Assembly: GCA_021773235.1 (NCBI GenBank)
Contig: JAJFKL010000045.1
Location: 12,150-76,149 of the forward strand
Source: Gammaproteobacteria bacterium
GTDB lineage: Bacteria > Pseudomonadota > Gammaproteobacteria > Eutrophobiales > Eutrophobiaceae
Reading direction: 5' to 3'
Length of the DNA: 64,000 bases
The stretch's first letter is position 1. Each line of letters begins with the position of its first letter. A program made the translations under genes and the position numbers. Positions 17,947 to 26,624 of this stretch are shown here, piece by piece. The notes beneath the pieces were generated by a model. That model was not told the origin of the DNA, searched no databases, and worked only from the letters and a program-made list of their open reading frames with translations.

Positions 17947-19689
17947 TTATTGTTTTACTGCATTGAGTTCAGCTTCGTCATTATCAAAACCTAGTTTATA
18001 ACCTAGAGATACATGATGGTAACGACCATTGGTATAATCATCATGGATTGCAAAACCAAAGTTATATACTTGATCAGTAACCAAACTAACATCACCTGAC
18101 TTATCAGAAACAAGTTTGCGTTTCATCACGATAGTCCAAACACCATCAGACAAACTGGATGTAGACTCTGCACCCTGACCACCTTCCATATAACGTTGTT
18201 CAAGAATGTAGCCATCTTCAGATTTGCCAGTGCCAGCCTGATAACGAATCAGATCCATGAAATGACCTGCTTCCAGTTCAGCTTTGATTTCATCTTCATT
18301 CTTAAGTTTGTCCCAACCACCTAATTTTTTACCGCCACGTCCCTTGAGTTCAATTTTGGTACGACTCTCAGTAATGAACTTACTAATACCTTGTTCAAGA
18401 TTCAGAGCTAAACCACTTGCAGATAAATCGTCTGCGGTCGGCTCAAGAGGCATACCTTTCGCATCAATATGACAAGTCCCCCAGCAACCTGCCCTGTCAG
18501 CGTAAGTAACATCATCAGTTGCTAACATAATGGCAAATTTTATCTGGTTATCAGCATCCATCTTGCCACCATCAACAAAAGGCGCAGGCGTGTGCGCTGT
18601 TTCTGGAAATTGGAAGCGCATATAGAGATTTTCTCCATCATGGGTAGCTCGAACACTAACAGGGATACTGCCTCGTTTATCGGGTATTACTGTATCCGTT
18701 TCTGCCAGATACTCATGCTCTCCGGAAACGATTAGCTCCCCGATATCAACAGTCTCTTCGTCGTGACATTCGAAACAACGATCTCCCGAATTAAAAGCTC
18801 GCTTACCACTATGGTTTTTACCTAAGGTCCATTCCATTGAAGCTTGTCCTGGATAAAAGATATTAATTAATCGTTCAGGTGCCTTTTCCCAATCAACACC
18901 AGATGAGTCCGACGCTGCAGATGCAGGAGCAGCCTCTGTAACTTCTTCAGCGACGGCTGTTTCCTCTTTAGCGACTTCTACTTTTTTAGGTTCTACAGCA
19001 GCTGCTTTTGTTTCTTTTGGTTTTTTGTCTGCATTCATGAACTTATCATAGGCCTCAGGTATAGGGCGTATGAAATCAGGGTTGGGTTTTTCCAGTTCAT
19101 CTTTTTCTTCTTCGGTTAACTGGTCATGTACTTTCTTATGCGCAATACCCTTATGACAATCAATACAGGTCTGGCCTGTTTTCATTGCATTATAATGTTG
19201 TTTACGAGCACGCGGTTTTTGTGCTGCCGGATCCATTGTCGATATTTCATGGCAATTACGACATTCTCTGGAATCGGATGCTTTCATCCGTTTCCACTCA
19301 CTTTTGGCCATGTGTAGACGGTATTTTTCGAACTTTTCTGGCGTATCGATCGTACCCATTACTTTGTGCAATAACTCATTACTCGCCTGTATTTTACGTT
19401 TTATCTTATAAAGCCAGGGACGAGGAACATGACAGTCCGGGCAACCAGCCCTGACACCACTTCGATTTGCATCATGAATCGTACCTTTATATTCCTGATA
19501 CACATTATCTTCCATTTCATGACACGAGATACAAAAATCCATTGTATTCGTTGCTTCCATTCCCGTATTAAAACCGCCCCAAAAAATCACTCCGATAAAC
19601 ATGAAGAAAATGGCAACACCCAAGGTAGTACCAAAAATAATTTTTCGGTTAAGAAAACTGGAAAATATATGATTATCTGGTCGTGTCAT
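17947..19689 (-). CDS. nirT: NapC/NirT-type tetrahaem quinol dehydrogenase fused to a C-terminal haem-binding (EB_dh/DOMON-like) domain
   Basis: 580 aa. N-terminal TM; CISCH, CPDCH, CRNCH and CIDCH motifs. An Ala/Glu/Lys-rich linker is followed by about 310 aa carrying CFECH and CWGTCH, and [16 protein letters not shown]. Confidence 0.85.
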   Translation of the reverse strand: MTRPDNHIFSSFLNRKIIFGTTLGVAIFFMFIGVIFWGGFNTGMEATNTMDFCISCHEMEDNVYQEYKGTIHDANRSGVRAGCPDCHVPRPWLYKIKRKIQASNELLHKVMGTIDTPEKFEKYRLHMAKSEWKRMKASDSRECRNCHEISTMDPAAQKPRARKQHYNAMKTGQTCIDCHKGIAHKKVHDQLTEEEKDELEKPNPDFIRPIPEAYDKFMNADKKPKETKAAAVEPKKVEVAKEETAVAEEVTEAAPASAASDSSGVDWEKAPERLINIFYPGQASMEWTLGKNHSGKRAFNSGDRCFECHDEETVDIGELIVSGEHEYLAETDTVIPDKRGSIPVSVRATHDGENLYMRFQFPETAHTPAPFVDGGKMDADNQIKFAIMLATDDVTYADRAGCWGTCHIDAKGMPLEPTADDLSASGLALNLEQGISKFITESRTKIELKGRGGKKLGGWDKLKNEDEIKAELEAGHFMDLIRYQAGTGKSEDGYILEQRYMEGGQGAESTSSLSDGVWTIVMKRKLVSDKSGDVSLVTDQVYNFGFAIHDDYTNGRYHHVSLGYKLGFDNDEAELNAVKQ

Positions 19690-19750
19690 GATTTTTATCT
19701 TTATTTTGTGTGCTGTAATCGTCAGCTTATTGATTACAATTATTTATTGT

Positions 19751-19786
19751 AAAAAATGGGCATGAAAATAGATTTCATGCCCATTT
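19751..19786 (-). terminator. Rho-independent terminator after nirS
   Basis: On the minus strand: 13-bp perfect stem AATGGGCATGAAA/TTTCATGCCCATT, 5-nt loop, then a T-run. Confidence 0.7.
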
Positions 19787-19823
19787 GTCATAGTTACACC
19801 ATCATAAAAGTAGACTTACACAT

Positions 19824-21452
19824 TTATGTCACGTGATGTACACGGTTATAAACGTTGAACTTACCTGTTGGTGTTTCCAACCCTTTAATTCGGGCTTTCT
19901 CTTCCAGAGTCTTAGCGTCATAAATAACGATTTCACCCTTATCTCTATCACCCGCACCACGTGCCCAGACAGAGACCCAAACTTCGGTACCGTCTTTATT
20001 GAACTCTTGATGTACAGCAACAGCCTTGGGATATTCAGTTACCCGAATGAACTTAACAATTTCACGCGTCTTCTTATCAATCACGACCACACTTTGTTGA
20101 ACCTCTGGTTCTGGATGCTTGGTTTGATCCGCCCATACATAATCAGAATTAGGGTGGGTTCTGACGAATAATCCAGGACCATCTGTTTCAACGGTGTAAC
20201 ACAGCTTCCAGGCTTGGTCTGGATGGTCTTTAGGGTCATTACCCCAAACAGCAACCTTACCTTCACCAAGGTGGGTGGTACCTGCGACTGGTCCACACTC
20301 TGGATCGTTCCAGTTAGCACCAGGACCAGGATGTGGCATCTTGCCAGTTTCAATAGAGGCAACAAATTTACGTGTTACTGAATCCATAATTTCCATACGG
20401 TTTGAGGCGTTTGCCGCAATCTGGAAATAACGTTGTGTTGGATCGAAGAAACCATCATGTAGAAATTTGTGACTATTAATCTGTTCAATACGCAGGTTAT
20501 CAATATCACTGTAGTCTACCTGCCAAAGTTGACCTAATTCTTTAATCGCAACAATCCAGGTTGGTGCATGAGGTGTGTTGTAGATAGCCGCAACACGTGC
20601 TTCGTTTACAAAATCACCATCAACATTCACGCCGCGAGTAGAAACAACTTTTAGTGGTTCCATGGTCTTCGCATCAAGGATAACGAAGTGAGGAGGCCAG
20701 TAACCACCACCGATAATGTATTTATCTTTCCATTCGCCGAAATGTGACACCGCAACGTCACGAGCATCGTAAGCAACTTGCGTATCGGCTACTACCTTTG
20801 GCGGGTTCATCCATAGATCGATTTTACTCATCTTGCCATCTCGACCTTGGGTGTACCAGAAACGACCATCTGAGCTTTCTTTTAAGACGTGTATCGCATA
20901 ACCAGTATCAACCTTTGCAATAACCTTCTTGGTATCGCCATCGATAATACCTATCTTGCCTTCATCACGCAGGATGACGAGGAAAAAATTCTCCCAATTA
21001 AGGCTATGTTCAGGCTTAGTCGGGTAATCTTTAGGAGCAATATGAGTCTTCCAACGTTCCTTCATCAGAGCTAGCGACATCTCAGCAGGAACCGGTGGTT
21101 CCATCTGGATGTAAGTTGCCAAGTCTTTAATTTGTTCTTTCGTGAACATATCGTCAAAATTATTCATACCCTTCTCAGTACCAAGGGCGATAATTTTTTC
21201 TAGACGTTTTTGACCTTTTTTACGGGTCTCTTTAGGTTCTAGACTCTTACCTGTTGCACCTTTACGAAATGCGCCATGACAGCCAGCACAACGTTGAAAA
21301 TAAAGTGCTTTTGATGACTCGAACTTCTCTTCTGACAAGGTCGGTTCAGCTTCGTCTTTGGCGAGCACTGCACCAGATAAAAAGAAACAGACTGACAAGC
21401 AGACTAATCCAAGCATCCGCTTAATTGTTACAAATCCTGTATATAGCTTCAT
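19824..21452 (-). CDS. nirS: Cytochrome cd1 nitrite reductase NirS
   Basis: 542 aa. Signal peptide, FQRCAGCHGAFRKGATGKSLEP haem c domain, d1 beta-propeller, C-terminal GKFNVYNRV. Confidence 0.95.
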   Translation of the reverse strand: MKLYTGFVTIKRMLGLVCLSVCFFLSGAVLAKDEAEPTLSEEKFESSKALYFQRCAGCHGAFRKGATGKSLEPKETRKKGQKRLEKIIALGTEKGMNNFDDMFTKEQIKDLATYIQMEPPVPAEMSLALMKERWKTHIAPKDYPTKPEHSLNWENFFLVILRDEGKIGIIDGDTKKVIAKVDTGYAIHVLKESSDGRFWYTQGRDGKMSKIDLWMNPPKVVADTQVAYDARDVAVSHFGEWKDKYIIGGGYWPPHFVILDAKTMEPLKVVSTRGVNVDGDFVNEARVAAIYNTPHAPTWIVAIKELGQLWQVDYSDIDNLRIEQINSHKFLHDGFFDPTQRYFQIAANASNRMEIMDSVTRKFVASIETGKMPHPGPGANWNDPECGPVAGTTHLGEGKVAVWGNDPKDHPDQAWKLCYTVETDGPGLFVRTHPNSDYVWADQTKHPEPEVQQSVVVIDKKTREIVKFIRVTEYPKAVAVHQEFNKDGTEVWVSVWARGAGDRDKGEIVIYDAKTLEEKARIKGLETPTGKFNVYNRVHHVT

Positions 21453-21557
21453 CTTTATTTCTCCAATTTTATATACACTTAATTACTTCATTAACTATTG
21501 TTATTTAAAACAAACTCCCGAAGTTTTAGCTCCGAGAATTTATGCTTAGTTTCACTA

Positions 21558-22874
21558 CTAGAATTTAATCTGTCCCCATATCCATGTCTTGGTGACATCA
21601 GAAGCTCGACTTCCTCCTCGAGCAATATTGGTTGCATTGGTATCGGCATCATAAAATCCAACTTTTGCACCCACGGTGTAGTGTTTTTTAAATGTCTTTA
21701 CCAACAACAAGTCAAGTTCATCTCCATAGTCGTACCCCAAATTATCCGACTCGATCATATGGTAAGAAGCAATAAACTTGGCGCCAAACGCCTTAACCAC
21801 TGCTGTGAAATAAGCATCTTCGATACCGTCACCAGGTGTTGTAAGGAATCTATCTGTCCAACCCTGAAAAGCGTGACCTGTAGCGAGTGGCGTTCTGAAA
21901 GAATTAGTGCCATTGCCTGTGAGCACTTCATAATCGAACTTCAAAACAATTGCCTTAATAAAGTTACCCGGTACATATTTAATACCGACCTCACCAAGAT
22001 AATAATCTTCATCAACGTTAGCAGTATTGTCTCCATAGTCTTCCTGAGTTGCGTATTCGCCGGCATAGAGAAGCTTCAACTTTTCCGAAACGGGATATCC
22101 ACCGCTGATGCGCCCACCATAGGTCTCTGTAGAATTTGCTGTAGAATTCTCAAAGTCTAAAAGGTATGCGTAACCTTCTAGTTTGGCGTAATTAAAGCGA
22201 TCATATTTAAGGTTGATAAAATGCGAATCACTATCGAAATTAGCCCTTGCACTGATAACGGCTTCATCGGTAAAAATACGATTGACGTTCCATGAATAGG
22301 CATAATTAATTGTTGTATACGGCAATGATTTATTTTGGAAAGTAAATGCATCATGATTTTGCCAATTCTGACGCCACAATACAGTACCCATAAAACGGTG
22401 AAACGGTGCATTTCGGTAAGTAATGATCTGGCGTCCCAGTTTAAATGTGCTTCCATTTAAAAACATACCTTCTGTACCGGTATAACTGATGAAACCCTCA
22501 AGCAAGTCTGTTTCTGACGGATCAGCAACCACAGCAAATTGCGTTTTGGCGTTGGAACGTCCGGTTCCATCATTAAAATCATCCTCAAAGACATCACTGA
22601 CATCCTGCCCTAAAATACGTAGACCAAAACCGTGGAAACTGCCGGTGGTATAACCCAAGGTTGTTCTTATAGTAGAGGCATTTGCCTGATCGGTTGCGGC
22701 ATTATCATCCACATGCTCAAAACGATAACGGGCAGAAAAATCGAACTTTCCTCCCTTTATTGCCTCCCAAAGGGGGTCATCACTGCCCTCAGCCAAGACT
22801 GACTGACAAGATAGTGCGACGAAGATAGACACAAGATACTTACTCACGCACTTAAAAGTGCTGAACTTGTTCAT
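21558..22874 (-). CDS. Outer-membrane beta-barrel protein (porin; AlgE/alginate-export-like by recollection)
   Basis: 438 aa. Signal peptide ending VLA-EG. Alternating amphipathic strands, aromatic-rich, and a C-terminal ...WGQIKF typical of OMP termini. Confidence 0.7.
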   Translation of the reverse strand: MNKFSTFKCVSKYLVSIFVALSCQSVLAEGSDDPLWEAIKGGKFDFSARYRFEHVDDNAATDQANASTIRTTLGYTTGSFHGFGLRILGQDVSDVFEDDFNDGTGRSNAKTQFAVVADPSETDLLEGFISYTGTEGMFLNGSTFKLGRQIITYRNAPFHRFMGTVLWRQNWQNHDAFTFQNKSLPYTTINYAYSWNVNRIFTDEAVISARANFDSDSHFINLKYDRFNYAKLEGYAYLLDFENSTANSTETYGGRISGGYPVSEKLKLLYAGEYATQEDYGDNTANVDEDYYLGEVGIKYVPGNFIKAIVLKFDYEVLTGNGTNSFRTPLATGHAFQGWTDRFLTTPGDGIEDAYFTAVVKAFGAKFIASYHMIESDNLGYDYGDELDLLLVKTFKKHYTVGAKVGFYDADTNATNIARGGSRASDVTKTWIWGQIKF

Positions 22875-22955
22875 TTTATTATTCCTCCGAATATCAAGTA
22901 TTATTAATAAATTTTTAGATTGGCCACATAATATGATTGAATCAACAAAAATTAC

Positions 22956-22969
22956 TTGATGCAGATCAA
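22956..22969 (-). promoter_or_regulatory. Perfect FNR/Dnr box TTGAT-GCAG-ATCAA upstream of the porin-nirS unit
   Basis: 10/10 match, read directly. A TATTAT -10-like hexamer lies about 31 bp downstream on the minus strand, about 82 bp before the porin ATG. Confidence 0.65.
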
Positions 22970-23122
22970 ATGGCTGCTTTTATTTTTGCGCACTATTTTT
23001 TAATAATTATTAGTAGATTCAAGCAGTTATTGATTGCCTTAAAAACAGGCCGTGGAATGATTCGAACAAAGCAATTCCTGACCACAGCAGTTGGTGTGAT
23101 CTTTAAGTTTTTTTTGTAGTAC

Positions 23123-23136
23123 TTGATTCAGATCAC
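23123..23136 (+). promoter_or_regulatory. FNR/Dnr-type box TTGAT-TCAG-ATCAC (9/10) upstream of the membrane hemerythrin
   Basis: Read directly. TACAAT at 23159..23164 is 32 bp from the box centre (class II spacing). Confidence 0.5.
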
Positions 23137-23265
23137 TTCATTGAGGCTTAACAATAGCTACAATAACGACGAATACAGATCTGGCCTTAGAAAGTGGAAG
23201 GTGTACAAACATAGTCAGATTACTGAATATTCGGAAAATTTTATTTATTACTAGGAGAGGTCAAC

Positions 23266-23847
23266 GTGGTCAGAAATCTTATTATGCTTGGCATGGCGAT
23301 CTTGGTCGTGTCGTTAATTGCCCTAATCATTATCGGATTCCTATCTGGTATTTCAAACCCACTGCCGTGGATTTCAATGGCAATTCTTGCAATAGTGATC
23401 TTGACTCATAATAGAATTGTCAAATATAGATACCTGGAATGGAAAGAAAGTTACAGTGTAGGAATTGAGTCGATAGATAATGATCATAAAAAATTAATCC
23501 AATTAATTAATAATTTACAAACAGCAATTGACTATAAAACAAATAATGAATTTGAAAAAAAGACATTAGCTGAAGTCATCGATTATACAAAATACCATTT
23601 CTCCAGAGAAGAAGACCTCATGGAAAATAATGGGTATTCAGATTTCGTAGCGCATAAGGCACAACACGAAAAAATGATAGCGAAGGTGACCGAGCTTGTA
23701 CAAGCCTATGAGAAAGATGAATCAGAAGGTATTAAAGCTGGCGCGATTGAATCATTACTTATGTATCTTAAATCCTGGTTGATCAACCATATTAATGGGA
23801 CCGATCAAGAGTATTCCGAATATCTGATCAGTAAAGGTGTTAAATAA
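23266..23847 (+). CDS. Membrane-anchored bacteriohemerythrin (2 TM + hemerythrin domain)
   Basis: 193 aa. GTG start with AGGAGAGG Shine-Dalgarno. Two N-terminal TM helices, then WKESYSVGIESIDNDHKKLIQLIN, a hemerythrin-like domain. Confidence 0.8.
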   Translation: MVRNLIMLGMAILVVSLIALIIIGFLSGISNPLPWISMAILAIVILTHNRIVKYRYLEWKESYSVGIESIDNDHKKLIQLINNLQTAIDYKTNNEFEKKTLAEVIDYTKYHFSREEDLMENNGYSDFVAHKAQHEKMIAKVTELVQAYEKDESEGIKAGAIESLLMYLKSWLINHINGTDQEYSEYLISKGVK

Positions 23848-23949
23848 AATTATTTTTTTTAATAACTAACACAGAGATTTATATATCACTATCAACCTTT
23901 ATGCTCTATAGAGGAAAGAATAAACGTTTATTCCATCAACAACCCGGCA

Positions 23950-25341
23950 TCATGCTGGTGGTTCAAACCAGGACAGGGATTCATGTAACTTAACTACTTC
24001 ACCGATAATAATCATTGTTGGGGGTTTAATATCATGTTGCTTTGATATTTCAGGTAAGGTTGCCAAATCACCAATGTGGACTTTTTGCTGCGGCGTTGTT
24101 CCTCTTTGTATCAAGGCTGCTGGCATTGTATTTGGTAATCCTCGTGTAATCAATTCCCGACAAAATAATTCCAAACCCATAACACCCATGTATACAACTA
24201 TAGTTTGTTTTGGTTGAATCAAGGTTTCCCAATTAAGATCCGTACTACCGTCCTTTAAGTGTCCCGTGATAAAGACACAGGTATGCGCATAGTCTCTGTG
24301 TGTTAATGGGATACCCGCATAACTCGCACAACCTGAAGCTGCAGTAACCCCTGGAATCACCTGAAACGGAATATGTTCAGCAGCGAGTAATTCTATTTCT
24401 TCTCCACCTCTACCGAATATAAAAGGATCGCCTCCTTTAAGCCTTAAAACACGTTTCCCCTGTTTCGCCAAGTCTACTAATAACTGACTGATGTCTTCTT
24501 GAGGCAAGGCATGCTGGTTACGCTTTTTTCCCACATATATACGTTCAGCATCTTTACGGCACAAGTCAACAATCACTGGGGCAACTAATCTGTCGTAGAG
24601 TACAACTTCCGCCTGCTGCATTAATCTCAACGCACGAAAAGTTAATAGATCAGGGTCACCCGGTCCGGCACCTACCAGGTAAACTTCTCCTGTTTTATTA
24701 ATAGTATCAGCGTCATCAGATAGCGTTTTTTCGAGAGCGCTCAGCGCTTTTTTCTGTTGCCCGACATAAATCATTTCGGCAATGGGGCCTTGTAATACAT
24801 TTTCCCAATAACGTCTACGATGTTGCATATCTGGATACTTTGCTTTAACAGCATTGCGAAATTTCTGCATCAGCTGAGCCAAATTACCATATGAAGATGG
24901 AATCAAAGACTCAAGACGTCCGCGCAATAGTCGCGCTAAAACAGGTGAGGCTCCTCCTGTAGAAATTGCAATTTGCACCGGATCTCGATCAACAACTGAT
25001 GGCATAATAAAACTACACAGTTCAGGATTATCAACCACATTGACCGGCAAATTTCTTTCTTTAGCTAGCTCAGATATACGCTTATTAACCGCGGCATCAT
25101 CAGTAGCTGCAATAACCAATGTTTTTTCTTGCAGATTATCTTCATTGAAGTCACTGCATATGTAGGTAATTAATTGATTATCTGCCAATGCTGATAATGC
25201 AGGGCAAAGTTTAGGTGCAACTACTATGACTTGCGCATTGGCTTTTCGTAACTGTTCTACCTTGCGTGCAGCGACAACACCTCCTCCGACAACGAGACAA
25301 GGCGTTATAGTTATATCTAAGAATACAGGAAGATACTTCAT
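23950..25341 (-). CDS. cysG: Sirohaem synthase (precorrin-2 dehydrogenase/ferrochelatase + uroporphyrinogen-III C-methyltransferase)
   Basis: 463 aa. N-terminal Rossmann VVGGGVVAARK; C-terminal SUMT domain VGAGPGDPDLLT ... GGDPFIFGRG. Confidence 0.9.
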   Translation of the reverse strand: MKYLPVFLDITITPCLVVGGGVVAARKVEQLRKANAQVIVVAPKLCPALSALADNQLITYICSDFNEDNLQEKTLVIAATDDAAVNKRISELAKERNLPVNVVDNPELCSFIMPSVVDRDPVQIAISTGGASPVLARLLRGRLESLIPSSYGNLAQLMQKFRNAVKAKYPDMQHRRRYWENVLQGPIAEMIYVGQQKKALSALEKTLSDDADTINKTGEVYLVGAGPGDPDLLTFRALRLMQQAEVVLYDRLVAPVIVDLCRKDAERIYVGKKRNQHALPQEDISQLLVDLAKQGKRVLRLKGGDPFIFGRGGEEIELLAAEHIPFQVIPGVTAASGCASYAGIPLTHRDYAHTCVFITGHLKDGSTDLNWETLIQPKQTIVVYMGVMGLELFCRELITRGLPNTMPAALIQRGTTPQQKVHIGDLATLPEISKQHDIKPPTMIIIGEVVKLHESLSWFEPPA

Positions 25342-25501
25342 GATAAATGATTCATATCAGCTCATGATAAGAAAAACAATTGACGAATTCAATCCAATTA
25401 AATGCAACTCAATAATTTAGACTGAAAGGATAAACTAAACTACTAAGGGTCTTATTGCTTTTTTTATCCAATAATAATATTGAATAAAAATACTCTCTCA
25501 C

Positions 25502-26185
25502 TTAAACCGAACTGTTTACATATTCTTGTAGACATTCGATGTCTTCGAATACAATATGGCTGCTACGATCAGATATTACGCCATATTCTGTTAATTGATT
25601 GAAAGCACGTGAGAGGGTGCCTGGTTGCACGCCTAAGTGCGCCGCCAATACTGTTTTGTTAAATGGTAGCTCAACGCTTTTTTCATCTGAATGTTGTTCT
25701 ATAAGTTCGAGAAGAAAAATCGCCAATCGTCTCGGAACACACATAGTCTTATATTGTTCAAACTCATTGACCAATGTATTAAGCTGTCCTGACAGGCGCG
25801 CAATTATACGCATAGCAATATCAGGGTCCTCTTGTATCATTTTTCGCAAAGCAGTAAGTTTTATTTCAAGCAGAACACACGATGAAGCTGCGTAGGCATT
25901 TGCAGGATAACGTCCTATCACCAAAGCTGCTGGTTCGGCAAAACTTTCTCCATCCTTAAAAACATGTAAAACCGATTGTTCAGCTTTCGCATTTTCCTTA
26001 ATGATCGATACCCATCCCTGTATGATAAGAAAAAATGCATTTGCCTCATCACCTTGACAAAAGATAATCTCATCTTTGGCAAATGAAATGAGCTTAGATT
26101 TGCTGCAAATCTTTTCAAGTTGGAACTCATTTAATCCTTTAAATAAGGTTGCATTCTGAAGTTTCTCAATTGCATCCGTGATCAT
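25502..26185 (-). CDS. Crp/Fnr-family transcription regulator, Dnr/NnrR-like (no FNR Cys cluster)
   Basis: 227 aa. cNMP-like beta-roll and C-terminal HTH TVLAAHLGVQPGTLSRAFNQL. Lacks the N-terminal CxxCxxxxxC of FNR. Confidence 0.8.
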   Translation of the reverse strand: MITDAIEKLQNATLFKGLNEFQLEKICSKSKLISFAKDEIIFCQGDEANAFFLIIQGWVSIIKENAKAEQSVLHVFKDGESFAEPAALVIGRYPANAYAASSCVLLEIKLTALRKMIQEDPDIAMRIIARLSGQLNTLVNEFEQYKTMCVPRRLAIFLLELIEQHSDEKSVELPFNKTVLAAHLGVQPGTLSRAFNQLTEYGVISDRSSHIVFEDIECLQEYVNSSV

Positions 26186-26271
26186 TATTTTTTATTCCGA
26201 GCATTTATTAATGAATAATATAACCAATATAATACGGATATTCTTTAATTAAACACCGAATTTTCGTTAAA

Positions 26272-26294
26272 TCGATATAAATAGTTTATATCGA
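26272..26294. promoter_or_regulatory. 10-3-10 perfect palindrome TCGATATAAA-TAG-TTTATATCGA upstream of the regulator gene
   Basis: Read directly. Lies about 90-110 bp upstream of the 26185 start codon. The binding protein is unknown. Confidence 0.35.
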
Positions 26295-26624
26295 GACCTT
26301 TCATAAACCCTGTGTATTTATAAAATTACTGACTGGGAGCTAAAGCTCATTGCCGCTGCAGCTATCACCGTAACTCCTTTTAAACTGTATTCTTTGATTA
26401 TTTTGTATGTTATTGCCAGAATTTCCAATAAACATCATTATAGAAGCCTGAAATCGTTAATAATTCTGGCAATACTAGTGAGATTCTCCTATAGTGCGTT
26501 CAGCTACAGTTAGTGTTATTGGCAGTTTTGGTCTTTTCCATCCGTGATACTCTCATGAATTCCCCGTTTCATTAACCTGTACAAAACACAAAATTTGTTT
26601 AATTTAATTCAGGTGAAAAGAGAC

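Noticed and set aside
21498-22160. 220-aa plus-strand ORF. Similar long antisense ORFs lie at 39058..39615, 44447..44947, 51879..52283 and 57322..57690.
   Set aside because: Each lies entirely antisense to, or overlapping, a strongly supported gene (OMP, alaS, LysE/cinA, the M23 peptidase, the ABC ATPase). They have low-complexity or Ser/Cys/Ile-rich composition and no motif or ribosome-binding site. They are treated as shadow ORFs.
23918-23933. 16-bp perfect palindrome GAATAAACGTTTATTC between the convergent hemerythrin and cysG genes.
   Set aside because: The stem is AT-rich and weak, with no flanking T-run, so it cannot be confidently called a terminator or an operator.
25380-25392. Palindrome TTGACGAATTCAA upstream of cysG, considered as an FNR/Dnr box.
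   Set aside because: The half-site spacing is TTGA-N5-TCAA, one base shorter than the canonical TTGA-N6-TCAA (TTGAT-N4-ATCAA). It is not counted as a box.
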